Positions 1 to 10,502 of a stretch of 64,000 nucleotides of DNA are shown in pieces. This DNA comes from Arcobacteraceae bacterium. Its GTDB lineage: Bacteria > Campylobacterota > Campylobacteria > Campylobacterales > Arcobacteraceae. Location of the stretch: NCBI GenBank assembly GCA_963662945.1, contig OY759974.1, positions 1,792,001 to 1,856,000 of the forward strand, in the 5' to 3' direction. The notes under the pieces were generated by a model. The model was not told the DNA's origin, did not search any database, and saw nothing but the letters and a program-made list of their open reading frames with translations. Each line of letters begins with the position of its first letter. The stretch's first letter is position 1. Made by a program: the position numbers and the translations under genes.

Positions 1-765
1 ATAACAAAAGGGATGGGTGTAAAAACAGGTGATACTGTAGTTCTTGTAGCTAATAATAAAAGTGGAAGTGTAAATGGTATCAATTTGAAAGTTGCAGGTG
101 AAGTGGCAAGAATTTCAGGACCTGGTGGAAGAGATGGATATATTCATATAGATGATGCGAAAAAAGTGTTACGAATACAAGGTGTTGAAGTTAGCGAGAT
201 TGTTATACGATTAAAAGATGTAGCAATGTTAGAAGATGCAATGATAGAGTTGAGTCCTATTTTAAAAAAAGTAAATCAAAAAGGAAAACCTGCATTTGAG
301 ATACATACTTGGGAAAAACTAAGTCCATTTTATAATATAGTAAAAATGTTGGATATTATGAATATTTCAATACAGATAATATTAATATCTATCGTTTTAA
401 TCTCTATATTAAATGTGATGATAATGAGTGTGTATGAAAGAATAAAAGAGATAGGAACAATTGCTGCAATGGGTACTCCTCCAAAAACAATAGTCAAACT
501 CTTCTTAATGGAGGGTTTACTACTGGGAATTTTAGGAGCTATATTGGGAGCAATTTTATCAATGTTAATTGTACAAGGACTTGATATGATGCAAATAACT
601 TATAGTTTTGGGCGAGAAAGTAATTTAATACTTGAACCAGTTTTAGCGCTAAAAGATGTTATAATTGTGAGTATAATTGTTATAGCAATTTCTTTGATTG
701 CATCAATTAGTCCGGCGTTGAAAGCTTCAAAGCTTGACCCAGTAGAAGCTTTAAGAACAAATTAA
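1..765 (+). CDS. FtsX/LolE/MacB-family ABC transporter permease, C-terminal part (runs off the left edge)
   Basis: Frame is open from base 1; has SVYERIKEIGTIAAMG, three C-terminal TM helices and the PALKASKLDPVEAL ending typical of FtsX-like permeases. Confidence 0.9.
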   Translation: MTKGMGVKTGDTVVLVANNKSGSVNGINLKVAGEVARISGPGGRDGYIHIDDAKKVLRIQGVEVSEIVIRLKDVAMLEDAMIELSPILKKVNQKGKPAFEIHTWEKLSPFYNIVKMLDIMNISIQIILISIVLISILNVMIMSVYERIKEIGTIAAMGTPPKTIVKLFLMEGLLLGILGAILGAILSMLIVQGLDMMQITYSFGRESNLILEPVLALKDVIIVSIIVIAISLIASISPALKASKLDPVEALRTN

Positions 766-781
766 AAGAAAGGATTTATAA

Positions 782-1120
782 ATGAAAAAATTAATTATGA
801 TGACAACATTAGCTGCTTCACTATTTGCAGTTGATTATAACAGTATGAGTTTAGATGAACTTTCAAATTTAAGAGGAACTGTTCCAGTTCAAGAAAGAGA
901 ATCTTTTAGAAGTGCATTTCAAGAAAAATTAAAATATCTTACACCAGAAGAACAATCAAAATATATGAGGGGAAATGGTCAAGGTATGCAAAATAAAAAT
1001 ATGAATCAGAACAAAAATATGAATCAACAAAGATTTCAAGATGGTAGCGGTGCTGGAGGTATGTATCAAGGTTCTAGAGGATTTGGCGGTGGTGCTGGTG
1101 GAAAAGGTGGCGGACGATAA
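782..1120 (+). CDS. DUF1104-like secreted protein with Gly/Gln/Asn-rich tail
   Basis: Signal peptide ending SLFA, DYNSMSLDELSNLRGTVP motif, low-complexity C-terminus; AAGGA RBS. Confidence 0.7.
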   Translation: MKKLIMMTTLAASLFAVDYNSMSLDELSNLRGTVPVQERESFRSAFQEKLKYLTPEEQSKYMRGNGQGMQNKNMNQNKNMNQQRFQDGSGAGGMYQGSRGFGGGAGGKGGGR

Positions 1121-1833
1121 TGTTAAAATTATTTCTTGCTATTTGCTTTACAACTGTTATATTTGCTGATAATTTATTGATGCAAATAGATAAGAAGTTA
1201 TCTCCTGGTAGTAGCGAAAGCTATAAAAAGCTTATTAATATAGAACCAGATGGAACAAAAAAAGAGTTTTTATTATATCAGGCAAAAAAAGATAGTGATA
1301 AAATGGTATCACTATTTTTACAGCCTGAGTCTGAAAAAGGACGAAGTACTTTAAGACTTGGTGAAAATATGTGGTTGTTTCTTCCTGAAGTTGGAAAAGC
1401 TATACGAGTAACATCTATGCAGAGTGTTGTTGGAGGAGTTTTTAACAATAGCGATATTATGAGACTTGATTTTTCTGCTGAATATGATATTGTTTTTCAA
1501 GAAGAGAAAGCTGATGAGATTATTTTAACAGTAAAAGCAAAAAATGATACTGTTGCTTATGATAAATTAATTATGAGTGTTGATAAAACTTCAATAACAC
1601 CCAAAGAGATACAATGTTATAGTTCAACTGATATGCTTATTAAAACTTTGTATTATAAAGATTTAAAAGATTTTGGTCATGGGATTGTCCGTCCTGCTTT
1701 GATAGAAACAAATTCACCTTTATATAAAGGGTATAAATCAATTATGGTATATGGAAAAATTACACCTAAAGATTTTAGTGATGAAGCTTTTACCTTAGAT
1801 AATTTAGGCAAAGTATCAGATTTACGAAGATAA
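1120..1833 (+). CDS. LolA-like outer membrane lipoprotein-sorting protein
   Basis: Signal peptide; LFLQPESEKGRSTLRLGENMWLFLP and GGVFNNSDIM motifs; lies in an operon with the FtsX permease. Confidence 0.8.
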   Translation: MLKLFLAICFTTVIFADNLLMQIDKKLSPGSSESYKKLINIEPDGTKKEFLLYQAKKDSDKMVSLFLQPESEKGRSTLRLGENMWLFLPEVGKAIRVTSMQSVVGGVFNNSDIMRLDFSAEYDIVFQEEKADEIILTVKAKNDTVAYDKLIMSVDKTSITPKEIQCYSSTDMLIKTLYYKDLKDFGHGIVRPALIETNSPLYKGYKSIMVYGKITPKDFSDEAFTLDNLGKVSDLRR

Positions 1834-1836
1834 TTT

Positions 1837-2952
1837 ATGCAAAAGTTATCTCTTCTTTTTTTATGTTATGCAACATTATTAGTTGCAGATGATTATAGTT
1901 TTGATTTTAAAGAACTTGAAAAAATAGAAGTAAAAACCTATGAATATACAGGGTATATAAAAGGGGAGCATAAATATCAAGATCTTAACCAAAATTCACC
2001 TAGTTTTCCATCAAAAAATAAATCAAATATGGAAAGCTATTTTGGAGAGGCTTTTTTAAATTATAAATATTTTTATAATGAATTTACATTTGAAACTGAA
2101 TTTATGGCAAACTATGAAAATATTGATTTCAATGAAGAAGATACTTATACAACAAATCAACTTTTTACAAATTATAAATATAATGATAATCATCAACTAA
2201 ATCTTGGGAAAAAAACAGCAACTTGGGGGAAAGGTTATTTTTTTAATCCCATTGCTTTTATAGATAGAAAAAAAGATCCGACAAATCCTGAAGCAAGCAA
2301 AGAAGGATATACAGTTATTAATTATAAATATAATAAAACTTTTCAAAATGAGCTACAAAATTTGACTTTTGACGCTGTATACTTACGAACAACTTCTCAT
2401 ATAAATGAAGACTTTTATAATCAAAACTCTAATACTTTAGTTTTAAAAACGTATTTGTTGTATCAAGATATTGATATAGATTTTGTTTATCTTTATAATG
2501 ATAAATTACCTAATAAATGGGGAGTAGATTTTTCTACTAATCTTCAAACCAATTTTGAAATTCATGGTGAATATGGAAGAAGTGACGATAGTTTATATTC
2601 TTATTTAATTGGTTTAAAATACCTTACTGATTCTGATTTAACAATAATAAGTGAATATTTTTACCAAAATAAAGAATTATCTAAAACACTGAGTTTTTGG
2701 GATAATAGATATATGATAAATAAATTAACTCAAAAAGAGCCGTTTGATATACTTTATTTTAGTGTTTATTTTAAAAATATGTACAATTTTGATGATAATT
2801 CACAACAAAATAATTTAGGACTTATTTATACAAAAATAAAAAATCTTACTATTGACTTTTCTGTAGGGAAGAACTCGGGAAATAGTAGAAGTGAATTTGG
2901 AACAAAATTAGTGGAAAAATTCACATGGCTACAACTAAAATATAATTTTTAA
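1837..2952 (+). CDS. Putative outer-membrane beta-barrel protein
   Basis: Signal peptide, aromatic-rich alternating strands, WGKGYFFNP motif, C-terminal LKYNF resembling a beta-signal. Confidence 0.65.
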   Translation: MQKLSLLFLCYATLLVADDYSFDFKELEKIEVKTYEYTGYIKGEHKYQDLNQNSPSFPSKNKSNMESYFGEAFLNYKYFYNEFTFETEFMANYENIDFNEEDTYTTNQLFTNYKYNDNHQLNLGKKTATWGKGYFFNPIAFIDRKKDPTNPEASKEGYTVINYKYNKTFQNELQNLTFDAVYLRTTSHINEDFYNQNSNTLVLKTYLLYQDIDIDFVYLYNDKLPNKWGVDFSTNLQTNFEIHGEYGRSDDSLYSYLIGLKYLTDSDLTIISEYFYQNKELSKTLSFWDNRYMINKLTQKEPFDILYFSVYFKNMYNFDDNSQQNNLGLIYTKIKNLTIDFSVGKNSGNSRSEFGTKLVEKFTWLQLKYNF

Positions 2953-3194
2953 ATCGTTTTTTATTGAGGTGAAATTATTATTTTTTTTGTAAGATTAAGA
3001 TATTCTATAAAACTAGAAAATATACTAAAGACTTTTATGGGACTCTTTTATGTTAAAATACAGGTTTTAAGTAAAGATTATTTGATTAATAGATTTACAA
3101 TAGAACATTAAATTATTATGAAAAGGTTTGGAATGAACAATATAAAAAATTTAGGTGCAACTTCTGAGTTTGTTGTATCACTATAGGATTACTG

Positions 3195-5687
3195 ATGATA
3201 GTTAGAGGTATTTTATTACTAAGTATTTTTTTTATTTTTGCTAACGCAGTTGAAAAAAAAGTATCAATCCAACTTTTATGGAAACATCAATTTGAATTTG
3301 CAGGGTATTATGTAGCAAAAGAAAAAGGTTTTTATAAAGAGGTAGGATTAGATGTAGATATAAAAGAGTATGAATTTGGAGTAAACATCGCTAAAGATGT
3401 GAGTGATGGTAAAAGTGATTTTGGAGTTGATAGTTCGGCTTTAATTTTAGACAAAATTCATGGACTAGATGTTTATTTACTTATGCCTACTTTACAAACG
3501 TCCCCTTTTGTATTATTAGCAAAAAAACGAGATGATTTAAAAACTGTTTCTGATTTAAAAGGTAAACGAGTTATGTTTACTCCAAATCAAGTAACTATGG
3601 CTTCATTGAATGCAATGTTTAAAGTAAATAATCTTTCTAGTAAAGATTTTATCTCTCAAGAACATAGTTTTAATACACAAGATTTAATAGATGGAAAAAC
3701 AGATGCTTTAACAGCTTATATTTCTAATGAACCTTTTTATATGATAGAAAAGAATCAAGACTATACTATTTTTAACCCCTCTGATTATGGTTTTAATTTT
3801 TATGATAATATTCTTTTTACTTCGCAAAAACTTTTTAAAAAAGATCCTCAATTAGTAAAAAATTTTTATGAAGCAACGAAAAAAGGTTGGGAGTATGCAT
3901 TTACTAACGTGGAAGAGAGTGCGAAAATTATACAGCAAAAGTATAATACGCAAAATAAATCATTAAAACATTTGATTTTTGAAGGAAATGAGCTTAAAAA
4001 ATTAAGTCATTTTGGGGCAAATGAGTATCATAAATTTAAGCCAGAAATCATCAGTCAAATTATACAAACATATAATTTATTGGATATTTCTAAATCGACA
4101 GTTGATATAAAAGAATTAATATATCCAGATGCAATGTATGTTGAAAGTAGTATTGATTATACACTTTTATTAGAGATTGTAGGTGCAATTTTAGTTTTAT
4201 TTATAGGATTTTATTATTGGAATAGAAAGTTATCATATCTTAATAAAACGATTCAAAAAAGTAGAAATAAAATTGCAGTATTACTTGATAATGCGGGACA
4301 AGGCTTTTTAACTTTTGATACAAACTTTATTGTTGATGATGAATATTCAACAGAGTGTACTAAAATTTTAGGAAATAATATTGCATCTCAAGATATTGCT
4401 GATTTATTATTTACAGATAGTGCTAAAAAAGAGTTTTTTAAAAATACATTAAAACTGTTATTACAAGAGAAAAATGAAATTAAAAGAAAATCTCTTATAT
4501 CTTTATTACCTCAAATAATTATAATAAATAAAAAAGCTATTAAAATAGAATATAAAGTTTTGGATGAAAGTTACTTTATGTTGATTTTAACAAATATTAC
4601 ATCACAAAAGAAGCTTGAAAACAAAGTCAAAAAAGAGCAAGAAACGTTAAAAATGATTGTAGCTATTGTAAGTGAATCTGAAATGTTTTTTGATTTAAAA
4701 AAAGAGTACATAAATTTTATCCATTCATATTCAACTTTTGTAGACTTAGATAAAACGCCTTTACACAATATAAGTAGTATTTATAGAATGATACATACAT
4801 TTAAAGGGACTTTTTCGCAATTATATATGCAAAATATAGTTGCTTTTTTACATCAATTAGAAAATGAAATATCTCATTTACAAATTAAAAGTAGTAGTTC
4901 TAATGAACAGTTATTAGAACTTTTAGATAATAGTGATTTTAATAAAAGTTTGAATATTACATTTAATATTATTAAAGAGGTTTTAGGTTCAGAGTTTTTA
5001 GAATCAGATAATTTTGTAAAGATAGATTATTTAGATATTGTAGATTTACAAGAAAAAATTGAAAATGTTTTAGGTAAACTCAAAGAAACAACACCTGAGT
5101 GTTATGAATTATTGTGTCAAGTACAAAATCTTTCTAGTACAAAACTCATAACACTATTACATCCATTTATTGCATCTACAAAACAGTTATCATCAAGACT
5201 TGAAAAAGAGATTTACGATTTTGAGATTATTGGAGATAGTAATATTGCTTTACCTGATAAATATAAACCTATGATAAAATCATTAGTTCATATTTTTAGA
5301 AACTGTATTGATCATGGGATTGAAAGTCCAGAAGTAAGATTGGAAAAAAATAAAGATGAAGTTGGTACTATCGCTTGTAACTTTGTTGTTGAAGATAGTA
5401 ATTTAATCATATCAATTTCAGATGATGGGGAAGGAATTAATTTAGATAAATTTAGAACTAAACTTAAAGAAAAAAATATTGATATTACAAATTTATCAGA
5501 AAATGAAATTTATCAATTCATTTTTGATGATAATTTTACAACAAATGAAAAATTATCAGACATCTCAGGAAGAGGAATTGGTATGAGTGCTGTAAAAAAT
5601 GAAGTTGATAAACTCAATGGAGTGATTAATATAAATTCACAAAAAGATAGTGGAACTACTTTTGAAATAGTAGTACCCCTTTCATAA
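3195..5687 (+). CDS. Membrane sensor kinase: NMT1/THI5-like periplasmic domain, TM, PAS-like, HPt, CheA-type HATPase; no CheW domain
   Basis: LLWKHQFEFAGYYVAKEKGFY (NMT1-like), TM near aa 325-342, YRMIHTFKG (HPt His), HIFRNCIDHGIE, ISDDGEGI and SGRGIGM (CheA-type ATPase); protein ends right after the ATPase. Confidence 0.85.
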   Translation: MIVRGILLLSIFFIFANAVEKKVSIQLLWKHQFEFAGYYVAKEKGFYKEVGLDVDIKEYEFGVNIAKDVSDGKSDFGVDSSALILDKIHGLDVYLLMPTLQTSPFVLLAKKRDDLKTVSDLKGKRVMFTPNQVTMASLNAMFKVNNLSSKDFISQEHSFNTQDLIDGKTDALTAYISNEPFYMIEKNQDYTIFNPSDYGFNFYDNILFTSQKLFKKDPQLVKNFYEATKKGWEYAFTNVEESAKIIQQKYNTQNKSLKHLIFEGNELKKLSHFGANEYHKFKPEIISQIIQTYNLLDISKSTVDIKELIYPDAMYVESSIDYTLLLEIVGAILVLFIGFYYWNRKLSYLNKTIQKSRNKIAVLLDNAGQGFLTFDTNFIVDDEYSTECTKILGNNIASQDIADLLFTDSAKKEFFKNTLKLLLQEKNEIKRKSLISLLPQIIIINKKAIKIEYKVLDESYFMLILTNITSQKKLENKVKKEQETLKMIVAIVSESEMFFDLKKEYINFIHSYSTFVDLDKTPLHNISSIYRMIHTFKGTFSQLYMQNIVAFLHQLENEISHLQIKSSSSNEQLLELLDNSDFNKSLNITFNIIKEVLGSEFLESDNFVKIDYLDIVDLQEKIENVLGKLKETTPECYELLCQVQNLSSTKLITLLHPFIASTKQLSSRLEKEIYDFEIIGDSNIALPDKYKPMIKSLVHIFRNCIDHGIESPEVRLEKNKDEVGTIACNFVVEDSNLIISISDDGEGINLDKFRTKLKEKNIDITNLSENEIYQFIFDDNFTTNEKLSDISGRGIGMSAVKNEVDKLNGVININSQKDSGTTFEIVVPLS

Positions 5688-5707
5688 AACTAGAAAAGGA
5701 AATAAAT

Positions 5708-6181
5708 ATGATATTAGATGCATTAATACTTCAATCAAAACTTTTTTTGTCTGAAGATATGGGAATAGATATAAATAATATAACAATTGATGAACTTAAT
5801 CCAGATAAATTGATTTTAAAAGATTATACTTCAATGATTGGTACTGGTGGAACTCTTAATTTAATGATTATTATTAGTTATGATAGTAATTTATTAAATC
5901 ATTTAGTGACACTTTTTATGGATGGTGAAGAGGTAGCACAAGATGAAATGGTTGAAGTGATTGATAGTGTGTCTGGAGAAACAATTAATACTATTATAGG
6001 GCTTGCTTTACCAACATTTCCAAATAGAGGTAAAGGTGTGACTATTACTCCACCAATTACGATAAATGATGCTTCAAATATTAAAAAATATAAAAACTCT
6101 AAAATAGTAAGTGCCAATATAGTAACACAATATGGTGAATTAAGTATTAGTGCCGTTGGTACAGAAGAATCAATAAAATAA
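5708..6181 (+). CDS. cheX: CheX-family phosphatase
   Basis: DSVSGETINTIIG (ExxN), ITPP motif; located between the CheA-like kinase and a CheY-like protein. Confidence 0.75.
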   Translation: MILDALILQSKLFLSEDMGIDINNITIDELNPDKLILKDYTSMIGTGGTLNLMIIISYDSNLLNHLVTLFMDGEEVAQDEMVEVIDSVSGETINTIIGLALPTFPNRGKGVTITPPITINDASNIKKYKNSKIVSANIVTQYGELSISAVGTEESIK

Positions 6182-6199
6182 GAAAAAAGGATAAAAAAT

Positions 6200-6613
6200 A
6201 TGTTAAAAGTTTTAGTAGTAGATGATTCACTTATTATAAGAAAAAAGATTACAAATTTATTAGAAAAATTAGGTCATGAGGTTGTTTTTAGTGCAACAAA
6301 TGGTCAAGAAGCGATTGATGGATATAATCAAACAAAACCAGATTTAGTAACAATGGATATAACAATGCCAGATATGGATGGTATAACAGCTGTAAAAAAT
6401 ATTATAAAAGATAATGCAGATGCTAAAATAATTATGGTAACATCTCATGGACAAGAAGATATGGTTATTAAATCAATTCAAGCAGGGGCTGTTGGATATA
6501 TGCTAAAACCTATTACTGAAGATAAATTAGCAGCTTCAATTGGTGAAGTTTTTATTGAATATGCTGTTGATGAAGAAGATGAAGATTTAGATATTTTAGA
6601 TGATGAGATTTAG
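6200..6613 (+). CDS. Single-domain CheY-like response regulator with acidic tail
   Basis: VLVVDDS, MDITMPDMDG, MVTS and LKP receiver motifs; tail DEEDEDLDILDDEI. Confidence 0.9.
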   Translation: MLKVLVVDDSLIIRKKITNLLEKLGHEVVFSATNGQEAIDGYNQTKPDLVTMDITMPDMDGITAVKNIIKDNADAKIIMVTSHGQEDMVIKSIQAGAVGYMLKPITEDKLAASIGEVFIEYAVDEEDEDLDILDDEI

Positions 6614-6623
6614 GATTTAAAGA

Positions 6624-7556
6624 ATGGAAGAAAACAAACTTTTTGAAGCACTTTTAGATGTAATACCCTTTGCTGCATATGCCGTAGATATTGAGACTTA
6701 TGAAGTGGTATACGCAAATAAACTAATGGGAGAAAGTTTGTATGCACCGAGAGAAAACTTTTGTTGGAAAAAAGTTTTTGGACAAAATGAAGTTTGTAGT
6801 TGGTGTACAATTTCAGAGTTAAAGCAAAGAAAAGCTATTTATCATAGTGAAAAACTTGTTACAAACTTTTTTGATGAAGTAACTGACAAATGGCTTCAAA
6901 GTTACGATGAGCTTGTTAGATGGCCTGATGGAAGAACTGTAAAATACTCCATAGCTGTTGATATTACAGAACAAAAAGAGATACAAGCAAATATGATTAA
7001 AACTCATACAAAGCTTGCAATACAAACAAAAGCGTTACGAGAAGCTAATGAAAAGTTAGAATATATGGCTACAAAAGATTACTTAACAGGGATTAATAAT
7101 AGGGGTAGTTTTTTTGAACAAGCGAAAAAAATATGGGAACAGCCACTCAAAACAAATGAAAAAATATATATAGCTATGTTTGATCTTGATAAATTTAAAA
7201 ATATTAATGATACTTATGGACATCAAGTAGGGGATACAGTGCTTAAAGAATTTGCTAAGAGTGTTTCCTCAAATATAGATGAAAATGATATATTCGCTAG
7301 AATTGGTGGCGAAGAATTTGTTTTATTAACTATAAGTGAAGATGAAAAAAAAGTAATAGAAAAACTTGAAAAAATGAGACAAAATGTAGAAAATTTATCT
7401 TTAACTTCTCAAAAGGAGAATTTACAATTGACAGTATCAATTGGACTAAGTTCTAAACTTGATAATCAAACAATAGATCAAACTCTTGATTTCGCAGATA
7501 AAAAACTTTATGAAGCAAAAAATAGTGGAAGAAATAACATAAAGTTTAGATTATAA
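6624..7556 (+). CDS. Diguanylate cyclase with N-terminal Cys-containing PAS-like domain
   Basis: DYLTGINNR, DLDKFKNINDTYGH, RIGGEEF; the RxxD I-site position reads DEND. Confidence 0.9.
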   Translation: MEENKLFEALLDVIPFAAYAVDIETYEVVYANKLMGESLYAPRENFCWKKVFGQNEVCSWCTISELKQRKAIYHSEKLVTNFFDEVTDKWLQSYDELVRWPDGRTVKYSIAVDITEQKEIQANMIKTHTKLAIQTKALREANEKLEYMATKDYLTGINNRGSFFEQAKKIWEQPLKTNEKIYIAMFDLDKFKNINDTYGHQVGDTVLKEFAKSVSSNIDENDIFARIGGEEFVLLTISEDEKKVIEKLEKMRQNVENLSLTSQKENLQLTVSIGLSSKLDNQTIDQTLDFADKKLYEAKNSGRNNIKFRL

Positions 7557-7570
7557 ATTAGGGATGCAAT

Positions 7571-9781
7571 ATGTTAGAAAATAAATTATTTGAAGCATTA
7601 TTAGATGTTATTCCTTTTGGGGCATATGCTGTAGATGTAGAAACTTATGAAATTGTTTATGCAAATAAAATAGTAAGAGAAAATATGTATGCACCACAAG
7701 AAACATATTGCTGGGAAAAAATATACGGACAAAATGAGATTTGTAGTTGGTGTAGTATTATAAATCTTCAACAACGAGTTCGCGGGGTTAAAAAAGAAAA
7801 ATATACTTGTGAGTTTTTTGATGAAATAGATGATAAATGGATAAAGTCTTATGATGAACTTATATGCTGGCCAGATGGTAGAGATGTAAAATACTCCATT
7901 TTAGTTGATACTACTGATCAAAAAGCAACTCAAGGTTCAATGATACAATCTCATGCAAAATTAGCAGTAAAATCAAAGCAGATTACAAAAACAAATCAAA
8001 ATCTTCAAATAACAAAATTAAAACTTCAAAAAACAGTAAGAGAACTTCAAGAACAAAAAGAAAAAGCAGAAGAAGCAACAAAGTTTAAATCAAATTTTTT
8101 AGCAAATATGAGTCATGAAATCAGAACACCAATGAATGGTATTTTAGGTATGACACATTTAGCACTTCAAACAGATGATATAGTAAAACAAAAAGAGTAC
8201 ATACAAAAAATTGATAGTTCAGCAAAAAACTTATTATATATTATAAATGATATTTTAGATTTTTCTAAAATAGAAGCAGGAAAATTAGAAGTTGAAAAGA
8301 TAAGTTTTGATATGAAAAGTGTTATAACAAATCTTCGAAATATTACTGAACTTAAAGCTGATGAAAAAAATATTTCATATGAAATATTTTATGAAGAGGA
8401 AAATAGTATTTATATAGGTGATCCAATACGACTTGGGCAAATTTTGATAAATTTAGTTAATAATGCAATAAAGTTTACTCACAGTGGAGGAGTTCAAGTT
8501 TATGTTGAAAGCTTAGATAATACTGTTAGATTTATAGTAAAAGACAGTGGAATTGGGATTACAAAAGAACAACAAAAAATATTATTTCAATCTTTTTCTC
8601 AAGCAGATGTTAGTACAACTAGAAAATATGGTGGTACAGGTTTAGGATTGTCCATATCTAAACAACTTGTTGAGATGATGGGTGGTAAAATTGAAATTTA
8701 TAGTGAATTTGGAAAGGGAAGTGAATTTGTATTTGAATTACCTTTACAAAAAGGGTTAGAAGATAGTATTGACACACCAGTTCAGTCATTAAATCAATTA
8801 TTACAACAAATGACATTATTGGATAAAGTGAAAATACTTTTAGTAGAAGACAATGAAACGAATCGATTTTTAATTCAAGGACTTCTTGAGTTTGATTCCA
8901 TCGAGGTTGTAAATGCATATGATGGAAAAATGGCGGTAGATATTTTTCAAAAGTTTTCAAATGATTTTGATTTGATTTTAATGGATATTCAAATGCCTGT
9001 TATGGATGGATACGAAGCTACCAAAATTATAAGAGAACAAAATCAACAAATACCAATTATCGCATTAAGTGCAAATGCGATGGTTCAAGATATTCAAAAT
9101 AGTAAAAATGCGCAGATGAATGAGCATTTAAATAAACCATTAGAAGTTGAATCACTTTATCGATGTATTTTAAAATATTGTACAAAGAAAAAAATAGTAG
9201 TATCTCCAAATAATAGTGAAGATATTATTGTTATCCCAATATTAAAACATATTGATATCAATTATGGGCTGACTATGGTCAATCAGAATAGAAAGTTATA
9301 TGTGAAAATTTTATTAAGTTTTTATGATAATTATTCTAATTTAAATTTAGAATCTTTAAGTAAAGAAGAATTTTTAAGAACTATTCATACATTAAAAGGT
9401 TTGAGTGCAAATATTGGTGCAAAAGATTTTTATGAAATTATAAAACACATTGAAAGTGTAGAAGATAGTTTTTTTATAGAACAGTTTTATAAAGAATTGA
9501 AATTGATTTTAGAAGAAATTAAAGAGTTGAAAAATATAAAATATTCTCAAGATAATAAAGAAAAGTTAGATATTGATGAAAATGAAAAAAACATTTTGTT
9601 TGACAATCTAAAACAAGCACTGATGACAAAAAAACCTAAAAAATGTTATGACGTAATAGAGGTATTAAATAAATATAAATTAAATGAAGAAGATAAAAAA
9701 CTATTTGAAAGTACAAAAAAATTTATAGAAAAATTTAATTTTAACGAAGCCCTAAAATTATTTGAAAGTGTAAATCATTAA
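7571..9781 (+). CDS. Hybrid histidine kinase (PAS-like, HisKA, HATPase, REC, HPt)
   Basis: [56 protein letters not shown]. Confidence 0.95.
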   Translation: MLENKLFEALLDVIPFGAYAVDVETYEIVYANKIVRENMYAPQETYCWEKIYGQNEICSWCSIINLQQRVRGVKKEKYTCEFFDEIDDKWIKSYDELICWPDGRDVKYSILVDTTDQKATQGSMIQSHAKLAVKSKQITKTNQNLQITKLKLQKTVRELQEQKEKAEEATKFKSNFLANMSHEIRTPMNGILGMTHLALQTDDIVKQKEYIQKIDSSAKNLLYIINDILDFSKIEAGKLEVEKISFDMKSVITNLRNITELKADEKNISYEIFYEEENSIYIGDPIRLGQILINLVNNAIKFTHSGGVQVYVESLDNTVRFIVKDSGIGITKEQQKILFQSFSQADVSTTRKYGGTGLGLSISKQLVEMMGGKIEIYSEFGKGSEFVFELPLQKGLEDSIDTPVQSLNQLLQQMTLLDKVKILLVEDNETNRFLIQGLLEFDSIEVVNAYDGKMAVDIFQKFSNDFDLILMDIQMPVMDGYEATKIIREQNQQIPIIALSANAMVQDIQNSKNAQMNEHLNKPLEVESLYRCILKYCTKKKIVVSPNNSEDIIVIPILKHIDINYGLTMVNQNRKLYVKILLSFYDNYSNLNLESLSKEEFLRTIHTLKGLSANIGAKDFYEIIKHIESVEDSFFIEQFYKELKLILEEIKELKNIKYSQDNKEKLDIDENEKNILFDNLKQALMTKKPKKCYDVIEVLNKYKLNEEDKKLFESTKKFIEKFNFNEALKLFESVNH

Positions 9782-10065
9782 AGAACAAGTTTTAATTTTT
9801 TTTGTTCATTATTTTTAAAAATCATTTTTATTTGTTTATCATCTAATAATAGTTGTTTAAGTATTTTTGTTTCAATATTTGTAATTTCTTTTTTCTCAAG
9901 AAAATCATCTATTATCTCTTTTGCTGAATCAATATCAGTATTTTGAGTAAATTCAATAAGTAGTGAGTTATCACTAAGTACAATCTTTTGATTTGATATT
10001 CTAAAATTTTTAAATTTGCCTGTAAGCTTAAAAAACTCTAGTTTATTTCGTCTTGATAAGTACAC
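9778..10065 (-). CDS. Hypothetical protein (true start may be upstream at 10098)
   Basis: 95-aa ORF filling the gap; the frame stays open upstream to an AGGAG at 10105-10109. Confidence 0.55.
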   Translation of the reverse strand: MYLSRRNKLEFFKLTGKFKNFRISNQKIVLSDNSLLIEFTQNTDIDSAKEIIDDFLEKKEITNIETKILKQLLLDDKQIKMIFKNNEQKKLKLVL

Positions 10066-10184
10066 ATAATTTTTTATGTATATAAATTTTTCTTCGATAA
10101 TAAACTCCTAAATAATTACAAAATATCCTTCATATTATTATAAAAATAGACTTAACTTTAGGTTAACTTAATTTTAAACGTATA

Positions 10185-10493
10185 CTAGGAATTACATTTT
10201 TTTTCTAGATCAGGTATTTCCATATTAAGGTAACTAATCTCTTTTAGAATTGACTGCCTAAATTGGTCTAGAGGTTTTCTTACACTATAGTATGCCCATC
10301 TTCCTTTTCTATCAACTTTTAAAAAACCTGCATCTTTAAGTATTTTTAAATGTCGTGATATTCTTGACTGTATCATCCCAAATGAGTTTTCAATGTCACA
10401 AACACATACTTCGCCATTTATATTTATAAAATGAAGTATTTTAATTCTTGTTTCATCATTTAAACTACTGATTGTTTTTAGAAATATCTCCAT
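10185..10493 (-). CDS. arsR: ArsR/SmtB-family transcriptional repressor
   Basis: EVCVCDI metalloid-binding motif, QSRISRHLKILKDAG HTH, RKGRWAYY wing. Confidence 0.9.
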   Translation of the reverse strand: MEIFLKTISSLNDETRIKILHFININGEVCVCDIENSFGMIQSRISRHLKILKDAGFLKVDRKGRWAYYSVRKPLDQFRQSILKEISYLNMEIPDLEKKCNS

Positions 10494-10502
10494 ACTCTAT
10501 CT

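Noticed and set aside
989-1027. Imperfect 18-bp tandem repeat
   Set aside because: Only two units, encoding QNKNMN within a low-complexity tail; not a CRISPR or a meaningful VNTR
3007-5697. 14-bp direct repeat ATAAAACTAGAAAA at 3007-3020 and 5684-5697 flanking the CheA-like gene
   Set aside because: A-rich low-complexity sequence likely to recur by chance; no mobile-element hallmarks
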